Assembly: GCA_037137755.1 (NCBI GenBank)
Contig: JBAXJR010000006.1
Span: 1-64,000 of the forward strand
Direction of reading: 5' to 3'
Origin: Methanomicrobiales archaeon
GTDB taxonomy: Archaea > Halobacteriota > Methanomicrobia > Methanomicrobiales > Methanospirillaceae
Length of the DNA stretch: 64,000 nt
Made by a program: the position numbers and the translations under genes. The notes under the pieces are model-generated. The model had not been told where the DNA came from and did not search any database. It saw only the letters and a program-made list of their open reading frames with translations. Positions within the stretch are counted from its first letter, which is position 1. Each line of letters begins with the position of its first letter. Shown here one piece after another: positions 17,787-27,975 of this stretch.

Positions 17787-19637
17787 ATGAAGATCGGGCT
17801 TATCGGAAATCCGAATGTCGGGAAATCCCTGATCTTCAACCAGTTAACCGGGCTCGGTGTAGAGGTAAGTAATTATCCCGGTACGACGGTCGGGGTCGAA
17901 AAGGGACATGTCTGTTACCAGCGTGAAAAATTTGAAATCTGCGACCTTCCAGGCATTTATTCGCTGGACGGGGATTCAGGCGAAGAGAAACTTGTTAATG
18001 GCATGCTGGAGCGTCATGAACTTGACCTGGTAATTGCAATACTGGATGCTGTCCACCTTGAAAGAAACCTGTACCTGTTTCTGCAGGTGGCGGAATATAA
18101 CCTGCCGCTGCTTGTTGTCCTGAACATGGTGGACGAGGCAGAAAAATTCGGTATATCTGTAGACTCCACAGAATTATCGAAAATTCTTGGTTGCCCGGTC
18201 ATTATGACCGCTGCTATTCACGGGAGAGGGACTGGCCTGATTCTCCCTTCTGCACTCAGTTCTGCATGCCCTGCAACCGTTACCGTTGCATACGACCACC
18301 ATATCGAGGCTGCTGTCAGAAGCATTATGGGGAATTTCCCTGTCTCAAGACCGGCAGCCATCCGGTCACTCGAAGGAATTGGGACTGACCAGGAAATACT
18401 TGACACATCTGCCGCAATTGCGAACGAGATTGAAAACCGGCACAAGATGTCCCCGCGCCAGATAATCTCTGCAAACCGTCACCATTTTGCGGAACAGGTA
18501 GCAGACCGTGTGATTACCATCCGGCAGAAAAAGCCCGGATATGACCTTGACCAGCTCCTCACAAAGGGGATCCCGGGTATCCCTATCATGGTGGCCATAC
18601 TTATCGGAATACTGCTCGTTGTTTTCACCCTTGGGTCATGGCTTGAAGGGATTATTGTTGCCCTTTTCACAACCTACCTAGTTGAGCCGCTCCTCACACT
18701 CGGTCTGCCGCCTCTCCTGCAGCAGGTGTCAATATCTGTACTACTTGGACTCCAGGCAGGTATTGGGATCGCATTCCCCTTTATTTTCACATTCTATATT
18801 TTCATATCTGTTTTAGAGGACTCTGGTTACCTGACAAGGGCCGCATTCCTGGCAGACCAGGCAATGCATAGGGTCGGCCTGCACGGCCAGGCAATAATCC
18901 CCATGATTCTCGGATTTGGTTGCACTGTGCCGGCAGTGATGAGCCTCCGATTGCTGGCATCACGACGTGAGCGTTTTATCGCCTCCTTTCTCGTGACCAT
19001 GATTCCCTGCTCTGCAAGGACCGTGATTATCGCCGGGGTAGTCGCAACATTTGTGGGTATTTGGTGGGCCCTTTCAATTTACCTGATAGTGTTCATCCTG
19101 GTAGTACTTACCGGGCTGTTTCTCTCCCGGATTACACCCGGAGAGCGATTTGGTATGATAATGGAAATGGCGCCTCTAAGGGCGCCACAGGCAGCGAATG
19201 TAGTAAAAAAGTCCTGGATGAAAATCTCTGAATTTCTCACCATTGCGATGCCACTCCTGATAATAAGCAGTATTATTCTCGGTTTGCTTCAGTATTTCGG
19301 AATAATAACCGCATTTCAGAATTTTATTGCGCCGTTTTCAACCATGGTACTGGGACTTCCCGCGTATGCAACGACGGCCCTTATGTTCGGGATCCTTCGG
19401 AAGGAGATGGCACTTGGCGCATTGGTTGTCCTTGCCGGTACCCCTGCACTGAATACGGTAATGACGCAGGTACAGCTGTATACCTGGGCAATAATCAGTG
19501 TCCTTTTTGTTCCATGTATATCAACGATTGCCGTGCTTTACCGACAGGTGGGGTTAAAGACCGTTGTCTTTGTGACGACCTACACGGTGATTCTCGGGAT
19601 AGCCATTGGTGCATGTATCAACCTGGCCTTTCCCTGA
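17787..19637 (+). CDS. feoB: Ferrous iron transport protein B
   Basis: GNPNVGKS, NYPGTTV, DLPGIYSL, NMVD, LEDSGYL, GFGC and PCSAR motifs. Confidence 0.96.
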   Translation: MKIGLIGNPNVGKSLIFNQLTGLGVEVSNYPGTTVGVEKGHVCYQREKFEICDLPGIYSLDGDSGEEKLVNGMLERHELDLVIAILDAVHLERNLYLFLQVAEYNLPLLVVLNMVDEAEKFGISVDSTELSKILGCPVIMTAAIHGRGTGLILPSALSSACPATVTVAYDHHIEAAVRSIMGNFPVSRPAAIRSLEGIGTDQEILDTSAAIANEIENRHKMSPRQIISANRHHFAEQVADRVITIRQKKPGYDLDQLLTKGIPGIPIMVAILIGILLVVFTLGSWLEGIIVALFTTYLVEPLLTLGLPPLLQQVSISVLLGLQAGIGIAFPFIFTFYIFISVLEDSGYLTRAAFLADQAMHRVGLHGQAIIPMILGFGCTVPAVMSLRLLASRRERFIASFLVTMIPCSARTVIIAGVVATFVGIWWALSIYLIVFILVVLTGLFLSRITPGERFGMIMEMAPLRAPQAANVVKKSWMKISEFLTIAMPLLIISSIILGLLQYFGIITAFQNFIAPFSTMVLGLPAYATTALMFGILRKEMALGALVVLAGTPALNTVMTQVQLYTWAIISVLFVPCISTIAVLYRQVGLKTVVFVTTYTVILGIAIGACINLAFP

Positions 19638-20039
19638 TCACCGGGGACATCACCATCCTGTTTTTTTATCTGTATACCCCGCAGCTTGCTGCGGGGAGAA
19701 GGAAGACGATCTAGGATTACGGTGAACCAATGACGATGCAGTCAAAAGAACAACCAGGCGGCTGTCCGAATCATGCCCTGTTGTTTGCAGCGGGGTGCAC
19801 TGACGCATTTTGACTACCATAAATTTTAAACCCCATTGTGCGGAGGGTATCCGGTATATCGTTCCAATCCGGCTCCTTCCTGGAAATTGAAAAATAATCC
19901 GATCATACAATATCCGGCTGATTACATGCAAGCTGGACACGGGTGTCTGTCTTCCAGAGGATAATCTCATTGACGAACCTGTATTGAGGCCTTTCTTCTT
20001 CCGTAATCCATGGCTGCAAAGAGTTTTTTTCGGGTGATT

Positions 20040-21305
20040 TTATCCCTGCTCTTTATCGTTATCCGGACTCATTTTATTCCGGGAAAAAACCCTGATAAAT
20101 TTCCCAGTCCTGTCAATTATCCAAAGCCCGCATTTTAAGACTGTCACTTTCGCACCCAGGGTTCCCCCTTCCAGTGATTCGGAAACTTCTTTCAATCCTG
20201 CCCGGACCGGCAGGTTCTGGGGGCAGATTTTTTCACATTTTCCACAATCCATGCAGAGTCCTGCATATGATCGGTCCCCGGTTATTCCTCCATGCCGGGT
20301 GAGATAACGGAATGCGTATTCACGACGGTTTCCAAACATTGAAGCCGCGTTATAGAGGGCAAAACATTCAGGTATATTTACACCGGCGGGGCATGGCAGA
20401 CAATAACCGCAACCGGTGCATCCAACCTTCATCAGCCGGGTGTATGTATCCCTGACCCTTGCAATAAGGGCAAGCTCTCCGGGAGCCAGGGAACATGGTT
20501 CTGCCTCACCTGCAATCTTTACATTCTCCTTGATGTGGGACTCCTGGTTCATTCCCGAAAGGACAACGGTCACCTCCGGGTGGTCCCAGACAAACCTGAG
20601 CCCCCATTCCACAGGAGTCCGCCGGACCGGAGCTTCTTTCCAGATCTCCTCTACCTGGGTCGGGACCTGTCCTGCAAGGTTGCCACCGCGGAGAGGCTCC
20701 ATGACCATCACGGCAAGGCGTTTTGATGCAGCATATTTCAGCCCTTTTGTCCCTGCCTGGTTCAGCTCGTCGAGGTAATTATATTGGACCTGGCAGAATT
20801 CCCAGTCATATGCATCTACAATTGTCCGGAAGGTATCCAGATTGCCATGAAATGAAAATCCAGCGTTCATAATTTTACCTGACTGTTTTGCATGATCAAG
20901 AAATTCAAGCACTCCAAGATGAAGCATGGCCTCCCAGTTCTCCTTTGCAAGGCTGTGAAGGAGATAATAATCAATATGACTCGTTTTGAGTTTCACCAGC
21001 TGGCCATCAAGAATATGGTCCATGTCCTTTCTGTTTATGACAGACCAGGGTGGTAACTTGGTAGCAATCCGGACTTTCTCACGGTACCCGTCAGCAAGCG
21101 CACGAGCAAGCAGGTGCTCACTCCGGCCGAGGTGGTATGCAGGTGCTGTATCAAGATAATTGACCCCGTTATCAATCGCGTAACGTATCTGGCGGATTGC
21201 CCGTTCTTCATCGATACCATGGGTCCGGGTCAAAGGCAGGCGCATACAGCCAAAGCCAAGTATCGATAAGGTATCGCCGGTCTTTGGAACAGTCCGGTAC
21301 AGCAT
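20040..21305 (-). CDS. Aldo/keto reductase family protein with C-terminal 4Fe-4S domain
   Basis: LGFGCMRLP, DTAPAY, IDYYLLH, VMEPLRGG; CTGCGYCLPCP and CMDCGKCEKICP. Confidence 0.9.
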   Translation of the reverse strand: MLYRTVPKTGDTLSILGFGCMRLPLTRTHGIDEERAIRQIRYAIDNGVNYLDTAPAYHLGRSEHLLARALADGYREKVRIATKLPPWSVINRKDMDHILDGQLVKLKTSHIDYYLLHSLAKENWEAMLHLGVLEFLDHAKQSGKIMNAGFSFHGNLDTFRTIVDAYDWEFCQVQYNYLDELNQAGTKGLKYAASKRLAVMVMEPLRGGNLAGQVPTQVEEIWKEAPVRRTPVEWGLRFVWDHPEVTVVLSGMNQESHIKENVKIAGEAEPCSLAPGELALIARVRDTYTRLMKVGCTGCGYCLPCPAGVNIPECFALYNAASMFGNRREYAFRYLTRHGGITGDRSYAGLCMDCGKCEKICPQNLPVRAGLKEVSESLEGGTLGAKVTVLKCGLWIIDRTGKFIRVFSRNKMSPDNDKEQG

Positions 21306-21461
21306 TGTTTCTCCCTTTTTTCGTTTTTCGTGAATATTCAGGCAAATCTCTTTGACGACCTGCAATAACAATGAATCCCTGTAAACCTGTTGCCGCTGTA
21401 TCGTACCATTGCTATGTTCTTTAAAAAAGATACGGCGGTGGAAGCCTGAGGTTCCAGGAAA

Positions 21462-22700
21462 TCATGCGAACATAGCACCGAACGTGCTAATCATCCGCTG
21501 CCGGTCAAAGTCGGCTTCAACTTTTTCAATGGCTGCCAGGAGGTCCTCCTGGGTAACGTGATCATGTTCTTTCCGTATGGCAAACATCCCTGCTTCCATC
21601 ACAACGGCCCTGAGGTCAGCCCCGTTTTTACCCTCAGTCAGCCGGGCTACTTCAGAAAGTCTCACCGATTCATCGAGATTCATATCGCGTACATGGACAT
21701 TCAGGATCGCGAGTCTTCCGGTAGCGTCCGGGAGTGGGATCTCGATTATGCGATCGAAACGACCGGGCCTGAGCAGTGCACGGTCAAGGATGTCAATCCT
21801 GTTCGTCGCCCCGATGATCTTTACATCACCCCGGCGTTCAAAACCATCCATCCCTGCCAGGAGTTGCATAAGTGTCCGTTGCACCTCGCGGTCTCCTGAT
21901 GTTGTTGCCTCTGTCCGGGATGCCCCGATTGCGTCGATCTCATCGATAAAGATGATTGTCGGTGACTTTTGTTTCGCCAGTTCGAACAACTCGCGGACAA
22001 GCCTGGCCCCTTCACCAATGTACTTCTGTACAAGCTCTGAACCGACAACACGCAGGAAATGGGCATTCGTTTCATGTGCAACTGCACGTGCAAGAAGAGT
22101 TTTTCCTGTCCCCGGCGGTCCATGGAGAAGAACTCCTTTTGGCGGATCTATCCCTATTTTCTCGAACAGGTCGGGTCGTTTCAGGGGAAGTTCAACGGCT
22201 TCCTTGATCTCAGTAATCTGTTGCTCAAGGCCCCCGATATCGCCGTAACTTTCCGTCGGGGTCTCCACGATTTCCATCCCGTAAACCTGCGAATCGAAGC
22301 TGCTTGGCAGGATATCGACGACTGCAAGTGACTGCTGGTTGAGGGTGCATCTCGAACCCGGCTTGAGTTTTTCCTGGTCGATGCACAACGAGCTCCTTAC
22401 AAGAAAACGAGGGCCTGCACTGCTCCGCACGATTACCCTGTTATTATCAATTATATCGGTAATTGTCCCGACGACAAGCGGAGGGCTCCGGAGTTGCTCA
22501 ATCTCGCTCTTTAATTTCCTGACCTCCCGCTCGTATCGGATTTTCTGGGTCTCAATATATCGTTTATCTGATTCAATCTGGCGCAACTGCTCGCGTAGCT
22601 CAAGGTTGCGTGATTCCATGCTTGTTACCCGTTCCAGCAGGTACCGGTATAATTCTTCCGGGTTTTGCGGCTCCGGCGGCTGGCGGGCAGTCTCTGCCAT
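21462..22700 (-). CDS. pan: Proteasome-activating nucleotidase
   Basis: N-terminal coiled coil; GPPGTGKT; IFIDEID; SGDREVQRT; RPGRFDR. Confidence 0.96.
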   Translation of the reverse strand: MAETARQPPEPQNPEELYRYLLERVTSMESRNLELREQLRQIESDKRYIETQKIRYEREVRKLKSEIEQLRSPPLVVGTITDIIDNNRVIVRSSAGPRFLVRSSLCIDQEKLKPGSRCTLNQQSLAVVDILPSSFDSQVYGMEIVETPTESYGDIGGLEQQITEIKEAVELPLKRPDLFEKIGIDPPKGVLLHGPPGTGKTLLARAVAHETNAHFLRVVGSELVQKYIGEGARLVRELFELAKQKSPTIIFIDEIDAIGASRTEATTSGDREVQRTLMQLLAGMDGFERRGDVKIIGATNRIDILDRALLRPGRFDRIIEIPLPDATGRLAILNVHVRDMNLDESVRLSEVARLTEGKNGADLRAVVMEAGMFAIRKEHDHVTQEDLLAAIEKVEADFDRQRMISTFGAMFA

Positions 22701-22755
22701 CTGTTTGCCTCAAATAGATATATAGGGAAAAATGACTATAAAGATGTTTGCGACT

Positions 22756-23259
22756 ATGCAGTGCGAATTATGTGGTGCAAATGCACGCGCTTTGAAAAAT
22801 GTAAGGATCGAGAGCGCGGAGCTCAGGGTATGTCCCCAGTGCGAACATTATGGTGTTGAAGTCCAGCAGCCTAACAGGACTACCCCAAGGCCGGGAACAG
22901 GACGCCGGCCGGCAAATGCTCCCCCGGTACCCCATCCCGTAACAAAGACACGACGTGATATGTTTGATATGATAGAGGGGGAAATTGTCGACGATTATGG
23001 CGAAAGGATTAAGCATGCCCGTATGCAGAGAGGCTGGTCCCAAAAAGATCTCGCCATGGAGCTGAAAGTCAGGGAACTTTTAATTAAAAAGATTGAAAAT
23101 GGAGACCTGATCCCTGAAGATGATGTGCGTCGGGCGCTTGAAAAAACACTTGAGATCCGCCTCCTTGATATCCCGGAAGATGAGAGTGAAAGGAAAAAAA
23201 CCGGGAATATCGTACCTACGCTGGGGGATGTCATCTCTATAAAAAAGGGTAAAAAATAA
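22756..23259 (+). CDS. Archaeal multiprotein bridging factor aMBF1
   Basis: CELC...CPQC Zn ribbon, HTH (WSQKDLA...KIENG) and C-terminal TLGDV; divergent from pan. Confidence 0.92.
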   Translation: MQCELCGANARALKNVRIESAELRVCPQCEHYGVEVQQPNRTTPRPGTGRRPANAPPVPHPVTKTRRDMFDMIEGEIVDDYGERIKHARMQRGWSQKDLAMELKVRELLIKKIENGDLIPEDDVRRALEKTLEIRLLDIPEDESERKKTGNIVPTLGDVISIKKGKK

Positions 23260-23465
23260 GCCTGTTTTCATTTTTTTGATAAATGGTTGCGGGGACCAGG
23301 CAAATCCCCATTCAGAACCGGACTTCAAACAATTTCCCGGAAATTTTCAATATTCTAACCACTTTATTTAAATACTGGTAATGCTCATCTAAAATGTAAT
23401 GTGTGGTGAATGTTTTTTTGCCCGTGAATGTTTTTATCACGACCAGCAGAGCACATACACGATGC

Positions 23466-23597
23466 ATGAAATCCTGTAGTCCTGTGCAGGGACTCTGTTT
23501 TAACCAAGTTATTCAACGAGCAGCTGCTGTAAACAACACATCAGCAGTTCCTGGTTATTATCGTTATATCTTTAGTTTTAGGTATCTCCCATACTGA
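23466..23597 (+). other. Candidate Tyr/Phe-rich leader peptide (uORF) upstream of the aro operon
   Basis: 43-aa ORF ending GYYRYIFSFRYLPY; stop lies 42 nt before the aroA' start. An in-frame GTG at 23403 is an alternative start. Confidence 0.35.
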
Positions 23598-23639
23598 ACG
23601 GACAATCTTTAACCGTTTGGGCAGGGGAGGAGGATTACT

Positions 23640-24428
23640 ATGAGAGGGAAAGATATTCGTCTTGAACGCATCATGAACCGTAACACAAGGAAGACCATCA
23701 TAGTCCCGATGGACCATGGTGTCACGAACGGGCCGATAGATGGCCTGATCGATCTTGGCAACGCAGTCGACCAGGTAGCGGAAGGGGGGGCCAATGCGGT
23801 GCTGGGGCATATGGGCCTTGCATTATACGGCCACCGGAAAACCGGCCGTGATATCGGGCTCATCCTGCATCTCTCGGCAAGCACGTCGATCGGACCTGAC
23901 CCCAATGAAAAAGTGCTGATCAATACGGTCCAGAACGCGTTGAAAATGGGGGCCGATGCAGTATCAATGCATGTTAACATCGGGGCCGATTCAGAGGCCG
24001 TAATGCTTTCAGACCTTGGAAAAATTGCAGTGGACTGCATGGAATGGGGTATGCCGCTTCTGGCAATGATGTACCCGAGGGGAAGGAAGATCACCGATGA
24101 ACATGATGTGGACCAGGTAAAGCTTGCAGCAAGGGTGGCTGCTGAGCTTGGGGCAGATATTGTAAAAACCGTTTACACGGGAGACCCTGACAGCTTCCGT
24201 GAAGTTACCCGGGGTTGCCCGGTGCCCGTTGTAGTTGCGGGCGGTCAGAAAACCGACGACCGTGCAACACTAGAACTGATTGAGGGTGCAATGGAAGGTG
24301 GTGCAGCAGGTCTCTCGATAGGCAGGAACGCGTTCCAGCACCGGACCCCCGCCCGTTTTGTCTACGCGGCTGCGTTAATCGTCCACGAACGGAAAAGCGT
24401 TGATGAAGCCCTGAAGTCACTTGTTTAA
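23640..24428 (+). CDS. aroA': 2-amino-3,7-dideoxy-D-threo-hept-6-ulosonate synthase (class I aldolase family), copy 1
   Basis: [22 protein letters not shown] and GRNAFQ motifs; strong GGAGG SD. Confidence 0.85.
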   Translation: MRGKDIRLERIMNRNTRKTIIVPMDHGVTNGPIDGLIDLGNAVDQVAEGGANAVLGHMGLALYGHRKTGRDIGLILHLSASTSIGPDPNEKVLINTVQNALKMGADAVSMHVNIGADSEAVMLSDLGKIAVDCMEWGMPLLAMMYPRGRKITDEHDVDQVKLAARVAAELGADIVKTVYTGDPDSFREVTRGCPVPVVVAGGQKTDDRATLELIEGAMEGGAAGLSIGRNAFQHRTPARFVYAAALIVHERKSVDEALKSLV

Positions 24429-24517
24429 GTGAAAAACCGGGTGTGCATAAAAAGAGGAAAATTCCAAAAAACAGGCTGGAATCAGTAACTGAAAATTAAA
24501 AGGAGTGAAAAGACATC

Positions 24518-25303
24518 ATGATTGGCAAGGATATCAGGATAGAAAGGATAATGGACAGGAATACCGGAAGGGCGGTCATTGTACCGATGGACCACGGGTT
24601 TACCCTCGGGCAGATTGACGGGCTTCTTGACATGACGAAGATAATATCCGAGGTCTCGGAGGGCGGGGCGAATGCTATCGTACTTCATAAAGGCCTTGTA
24701 AAACGTGGTCACCGGAAACGAGGGCGGGATATCGGGCTTATTGTTCATCTCTCGGCAAGTACTTCCTTAAATCCTGATCCGAATGATAAGGTCCTCGTCT
24801 GCACCGTGGAAGAGGCTGTAGCCCTTGGGGCTGACGGGGTATCGATCCACATTAACCTCGGGGCCCCACAGGAATCGAGAATGATCGAGTCTGCAGGAAA
24901 GATCGTAAAAGACTGTAACCGCTGGGGTATGCCCCTGCTCGTCATGATTTACCCAAGAGGGAAGGGTATCGATCCCAATTCACCGCAGGCTATCGGGCAC
25001 TGTGTCCGGGTAGCTGAAGAACTCGGGGCAGACCTGATCAAGACAAATTACCCCGGAGACCCTGTCTCATTCAAAAAAATCACCGATGCCTGCTCAGTCC
25101 CGGTACTGGTTGCAGGTGGTGAGAAGATGGGTGACCTTGAGTCCCTCCGGATGATCCGTGAATCGATCCATGCAGGCGGTGCTGGTGTTTGTGTCGGCCG
25201 TAATGCGTTCCAGAGGGAGTCACCAGGAGCTTTCGTGAAAGCACTTGGACTTGTAGTCCATGGTAACCTGGAACCCGGCCTCGCACTGGAGCGTTCCGGA
25301 TGA
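24518..25303 (+). CDS. aroA': ADH synthase / class I aldolase paralog, copy 2
   Basis: Same motifs as copy 1 (PMDHG, YPRG, GADLIKT, GRNAFQ). Confidence 0.8.
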   Translation: MIGKDIRIERIMDRNTGRAVIVPMDHGFTLGQIDGLLDMTKIISEVSEGGANAIVLHKGLVKRGHRKRGRDIGLIVHLSASTSLNPDPNDKVLVCTVEEAVALGADGVSIHINLGAPQESRMIESAGKIVKDCNRWGMPLLVMIYPRGKGIDPNSPQAIGHCVRVAEELGADLIKTNYPGDPVSFKKITDACSVPVLVAGGEKMGDLESLRMIRESIHAGGAGVCVGRNAFQRESPGAFVKALGLVVHGNLEPGLALERSG

Positions 25304-26286
25304 AAGAGTTCTGGGTGGACTGCAGGCCCTGGAACAAAGGTATTGCTACAACGGCAATTGAAAGCGGGGCTGACACCCTTGTTCTTGACCATGCCAAATC
25401 CGGTCGCGAACTGGGGAGGGTCCGCACCGCCGCACCGGACGGGGATCTTGTCCCCGAAAGGGATGTATTCACCTGCAGGATAAGGGATAAGGCGAGTGAA
25501 ACCGAGGCAGTTACCCTCTCAAAAAAAGGATACGTCATTGTTGAAACCGAAGACTGGAATGTAATCCCGCTCGAGAACCTTGTTTCGATGTCAGATCGCA
25601 TCATTGCACTTGTGGATGACCTTGATTCAGCAGAAATAGCCCTGAACGTACTTGAAAAGGGGGTCTGCGGGATTCTTCTATCCACAACGGACCCTGCTGT
25701 AGTCAGGAAGGTCGCATCACTTCTCACATCCGGCACTCCCCCGGTTGAAATAGTTCCCCTGGCAATCACCAGGATAATCCCTGCCGGTATGGGTGACCGC
25801 GTCTGTGTCGATACCTGCTCGTTATTGTCTGACAGTGAAGGGATGCTTATTGGCAATACTTCAGCTGGTGCATTCCTGGTCCACGCAGAAACGCTTGAAA
25901 ACCCATATGTTGCACCACGACCATTCCGTGTAAATGCCGGGGCGGTTCATGCCTATGCCACAATGCCCGGCGGAAAAACCGCATACCTGTCTGACTTAAA
26001 GGCCGGAGACCGGGTACTTATTTCGGATTCTCGGGGAAATACCAAAGAAGCAACAGTAGGGAGAGTAAAAATTGAACTCCGTCCGCTCCTGCTCATCGAA
26101 GCCGAGTACCAGGGAAGAAAAGTGAGCGCAGTCCTTCAGAATGCTGAAACAATCCGCCTCGTGCGCGAAGATGGAAGTGCCTGCTCTGTTGCGGCCTTAA
26201 AAACCGGTGATGTTGTGATGGGATCTGTCACAGATAGTGGTCGTCATTTCGGTGTTGCCGTGAAAGAACATATTATTGAAAAATGA
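25300..26286 (+). CDS. aroB': 3-dehydroquinate synthase II
   Basis: DWNVIPLEN, GDRVCVDTC, RPFRVNAG, QNAETIRL and GRHFG motifs. Confidence 0.95.
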   Translation: MKEFWVDCRPWNKGIATTAIESGADTLVLDHAKSGRELGRVRTAAPDGDLVPERDVFTCRIRDKASETEAVTLSKKGYVIVETEDWNVIPLENLVSMSDRIIALVDDLDSAEIALNVLEKGVCGILLSTTDPAVVRKVASLLTSGTPPVEIVPLAITRIIPAGMGDRVCVDTCSLLSDSEGMLIGNTSAGAFLVHAETLENPYVAPRPFRVNAGAVHAYATMPGGKTAYLSDLKAGDRVLISDSRGNTKEATVGRVKIELRPLLLIEAEYQGRKVSAVLQNAETIRLVREDGSACSVAALKTGDVVMGSVTDSGRHFGVAVKEHIIEK

Positions 26287-26359
26287 ATATGGGATGTACC
26301 ATGGTTATGAAAGAAAACCTGTTTTGTTGTTCCGGGAATAAATCACGGGGCCCGCAACG

Positions 26360-27184
26360 ATGAAGGCAGGTATTATCGGGGGGACCGGAAAGATGGGGCA
26401 CCTGTTTTCCGGGGTGTTTGAACGGGCAGGATACGAGGTGGCATGTTCCGGGAGGAATACGCGGGTTACCGCCATGGATATCGTAGCGGAATCTCACCTG
26501 GTTATCGTATCTGTTCCCATCCATAGTACTGCAGAAGTTATCCGGACTATCTCCCCATACCTTAAGGCATCACAGGTTGTTTGCGATCTTACCTCGCTTA
26601 AGGTATTCCCTGTCAGGGAGATGCTCTGTTCAAAGGCGGAAGTCATCGGGCTTCACCCGATGTTCGGCCCATCTGTCAGGACCATGGAACAACAAACAAT
26701 AATTGTTACTCCTGCACGTTGCAGCAATGAGAATCTCATCCGGCTGACCGGTATCTTTGAGCGCGAAGGCGCAAGGATTACGATAACCACTCCTGAGGCA
26801 CATGACCGGATGATGGCGGTTGTCCAGGGGCTTACCCATTTCGTCACCCTCAGCATGGCAGAGACCATGCGGAGAATCGGTATTACACCAGCCGATACCG
26901 AACCGTTTATGAGTCCGGTTTACCAGATAGAGTCGTGCCTGGCGGGACGGCTCCTGTCGCAGGACCCGGAGTTATATGCAGATATGCTCAGGATGAACCC
27001 CTACGTGCCAGCAGTTCTCGAAGCATGTGAGCAGGCAGTCCGCGATGTGAAAAATACCGTGTTATCCGGAGAAACTGGCTTGTTTGAACAGCTTTTTACC
27101 CGTGATAGTGAACATTTCGGGGATTATTGCAGCGCTGCATCATCCCTATCCGATTCCCTGATCGAAGCGATGGTGAAACGATGA
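26360..27184 (+). CDS. tyrA: Prephenate dehydrogenase
   Basis: GGTGKMG, DLTSLK, HPMFGP and HDRMMAVVQGLTH motifs. Confidence 0.93.
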   Translation: MKAGIIGGTGKMGHLFSGVFERAGYEVACSGRNTRVTAMDIVAESHLVIVSVPIHSTAEVIRTISPYLKASQVVCDLTSLKVFPVREMLCSKAEVIGLHPMFGPSVRTMEQQTIIVTPARCSNENLIRLTGIFEREGARITITTPEAHDRMMAVVQGLTHFVTLSMAETMRRIGITPADTEPFMSPVYQIESCLAGRLLSQDPELYADMLRMNPYVPAVLEACEQAVRDVKNTVLSGETGLFEQLFTRDSEHFGDYCSAASSLSDSLIEAMVKR

Positions 27185-27975
27185 CCTTTTTTGCACTTGG
27201 TCCGGAGGGGACGTTCAGCCATGAACTTGCATGTAAATTAGTACCACCTGGAGAAGTCCGGCTTCTCCCAGCCATCGGTACGGTACTTTCAACCGTAGAA
27301 CAGGGCCTGGGAGACGGGGTAATCCCTGTTGAGAATAGCGAAGCAGGCGGGGTTGGGCCGGCGCTGGACGGGCTTTTACGGTACAATGTTTTCGTAACGG
27401 GGGAAATATATATTGAAGTCCACCATTTGCTCGCATCCTTTCTTCCTGTGGATAAGATTTCGGTGATCTATGCCCATCCCCAGACCAGCGAGCAATGCAG
27501 CGAATTTCTCGATAACCTTGGTATCGAGATAATCCCGACAAAAAGTAATGCAGCGAGTGCCATCGAACTGCTGGATAACCGGAGGGGTGCGGCCATTGTA
27601 TCAAAAAAGATTTCAGAGATCTATAATCTTCCTGTAATTCACTCCAATATAGAGAATAACCCTCACAATGTCACCCGGTTTTTCAGGATTTCAGACCAGG
27701 CGCTGCATGAATCCAATCCGGAAAAGTGCAGTATCGTTGTTGATCCGGCAACCGACCGCCCCGGACTTCTCTACGAACTGCTTGGGGTGTTCGGAAGACG
27801 TAACATTAACCTCTGCAGGATCGAGTCCCGTCCATCGAAACGAGGTATGGGAAGCTATGTTTTTTTCATTGACATAACGACCTCCCCCGGTTACCGGGAA
27901 TCCCTTGCTGAGCTCGAAGGGTTGACGGAAATAAGGCGGCTTGGCTGTTATAACCGGCTGGAGGTGAACCTGTGA
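27181..27975 (+). CDS. pheA: Prephenate dehydratase with ACT domain
   Basis: LGPEGTFS, PVENS, AHPQ, NVTRF, DRPGLL and IESRP motifs. Confidence 0.94.
   Translation: MTFFALGPEGTFSHELACKLVPPGEVRLLPAIGTVLSTVEQGLGDGVIPVENSEAGGVGPALDGLLRYNVFVTGEIYIEVHHLLASFLPVDKISVIYAHPQTSEQCSEFLDNLGIEIIPTKSNAASAIELLDNRRGAAIVSKKISEIYNLPVIHSNIENNPHNVTRFFRISDQALHESNPEKCSIVVDPATDRPGLLYELLGVFGRRNINLCRIESRPSKRGMGSYVFFIDITTSPGYRESLAELEGLTEIRRLGCYNRLEVNL

Noticed and set aside
19650-20039. Possible gene remnant between feoB and the aldo/keto reductase
   Set aside because: One minus-strand frame reads protein-like across an internal TGA, but I recognise no family and see no start, so a pseudogene or recoding call is unsupported.
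21558-22725. Long plus-strand ORFs opposite pan (and similar antisense ORFs elsewhere)
   Set aside because: They are shadow ORFs of well-conserved genes and carry no independent motifs.
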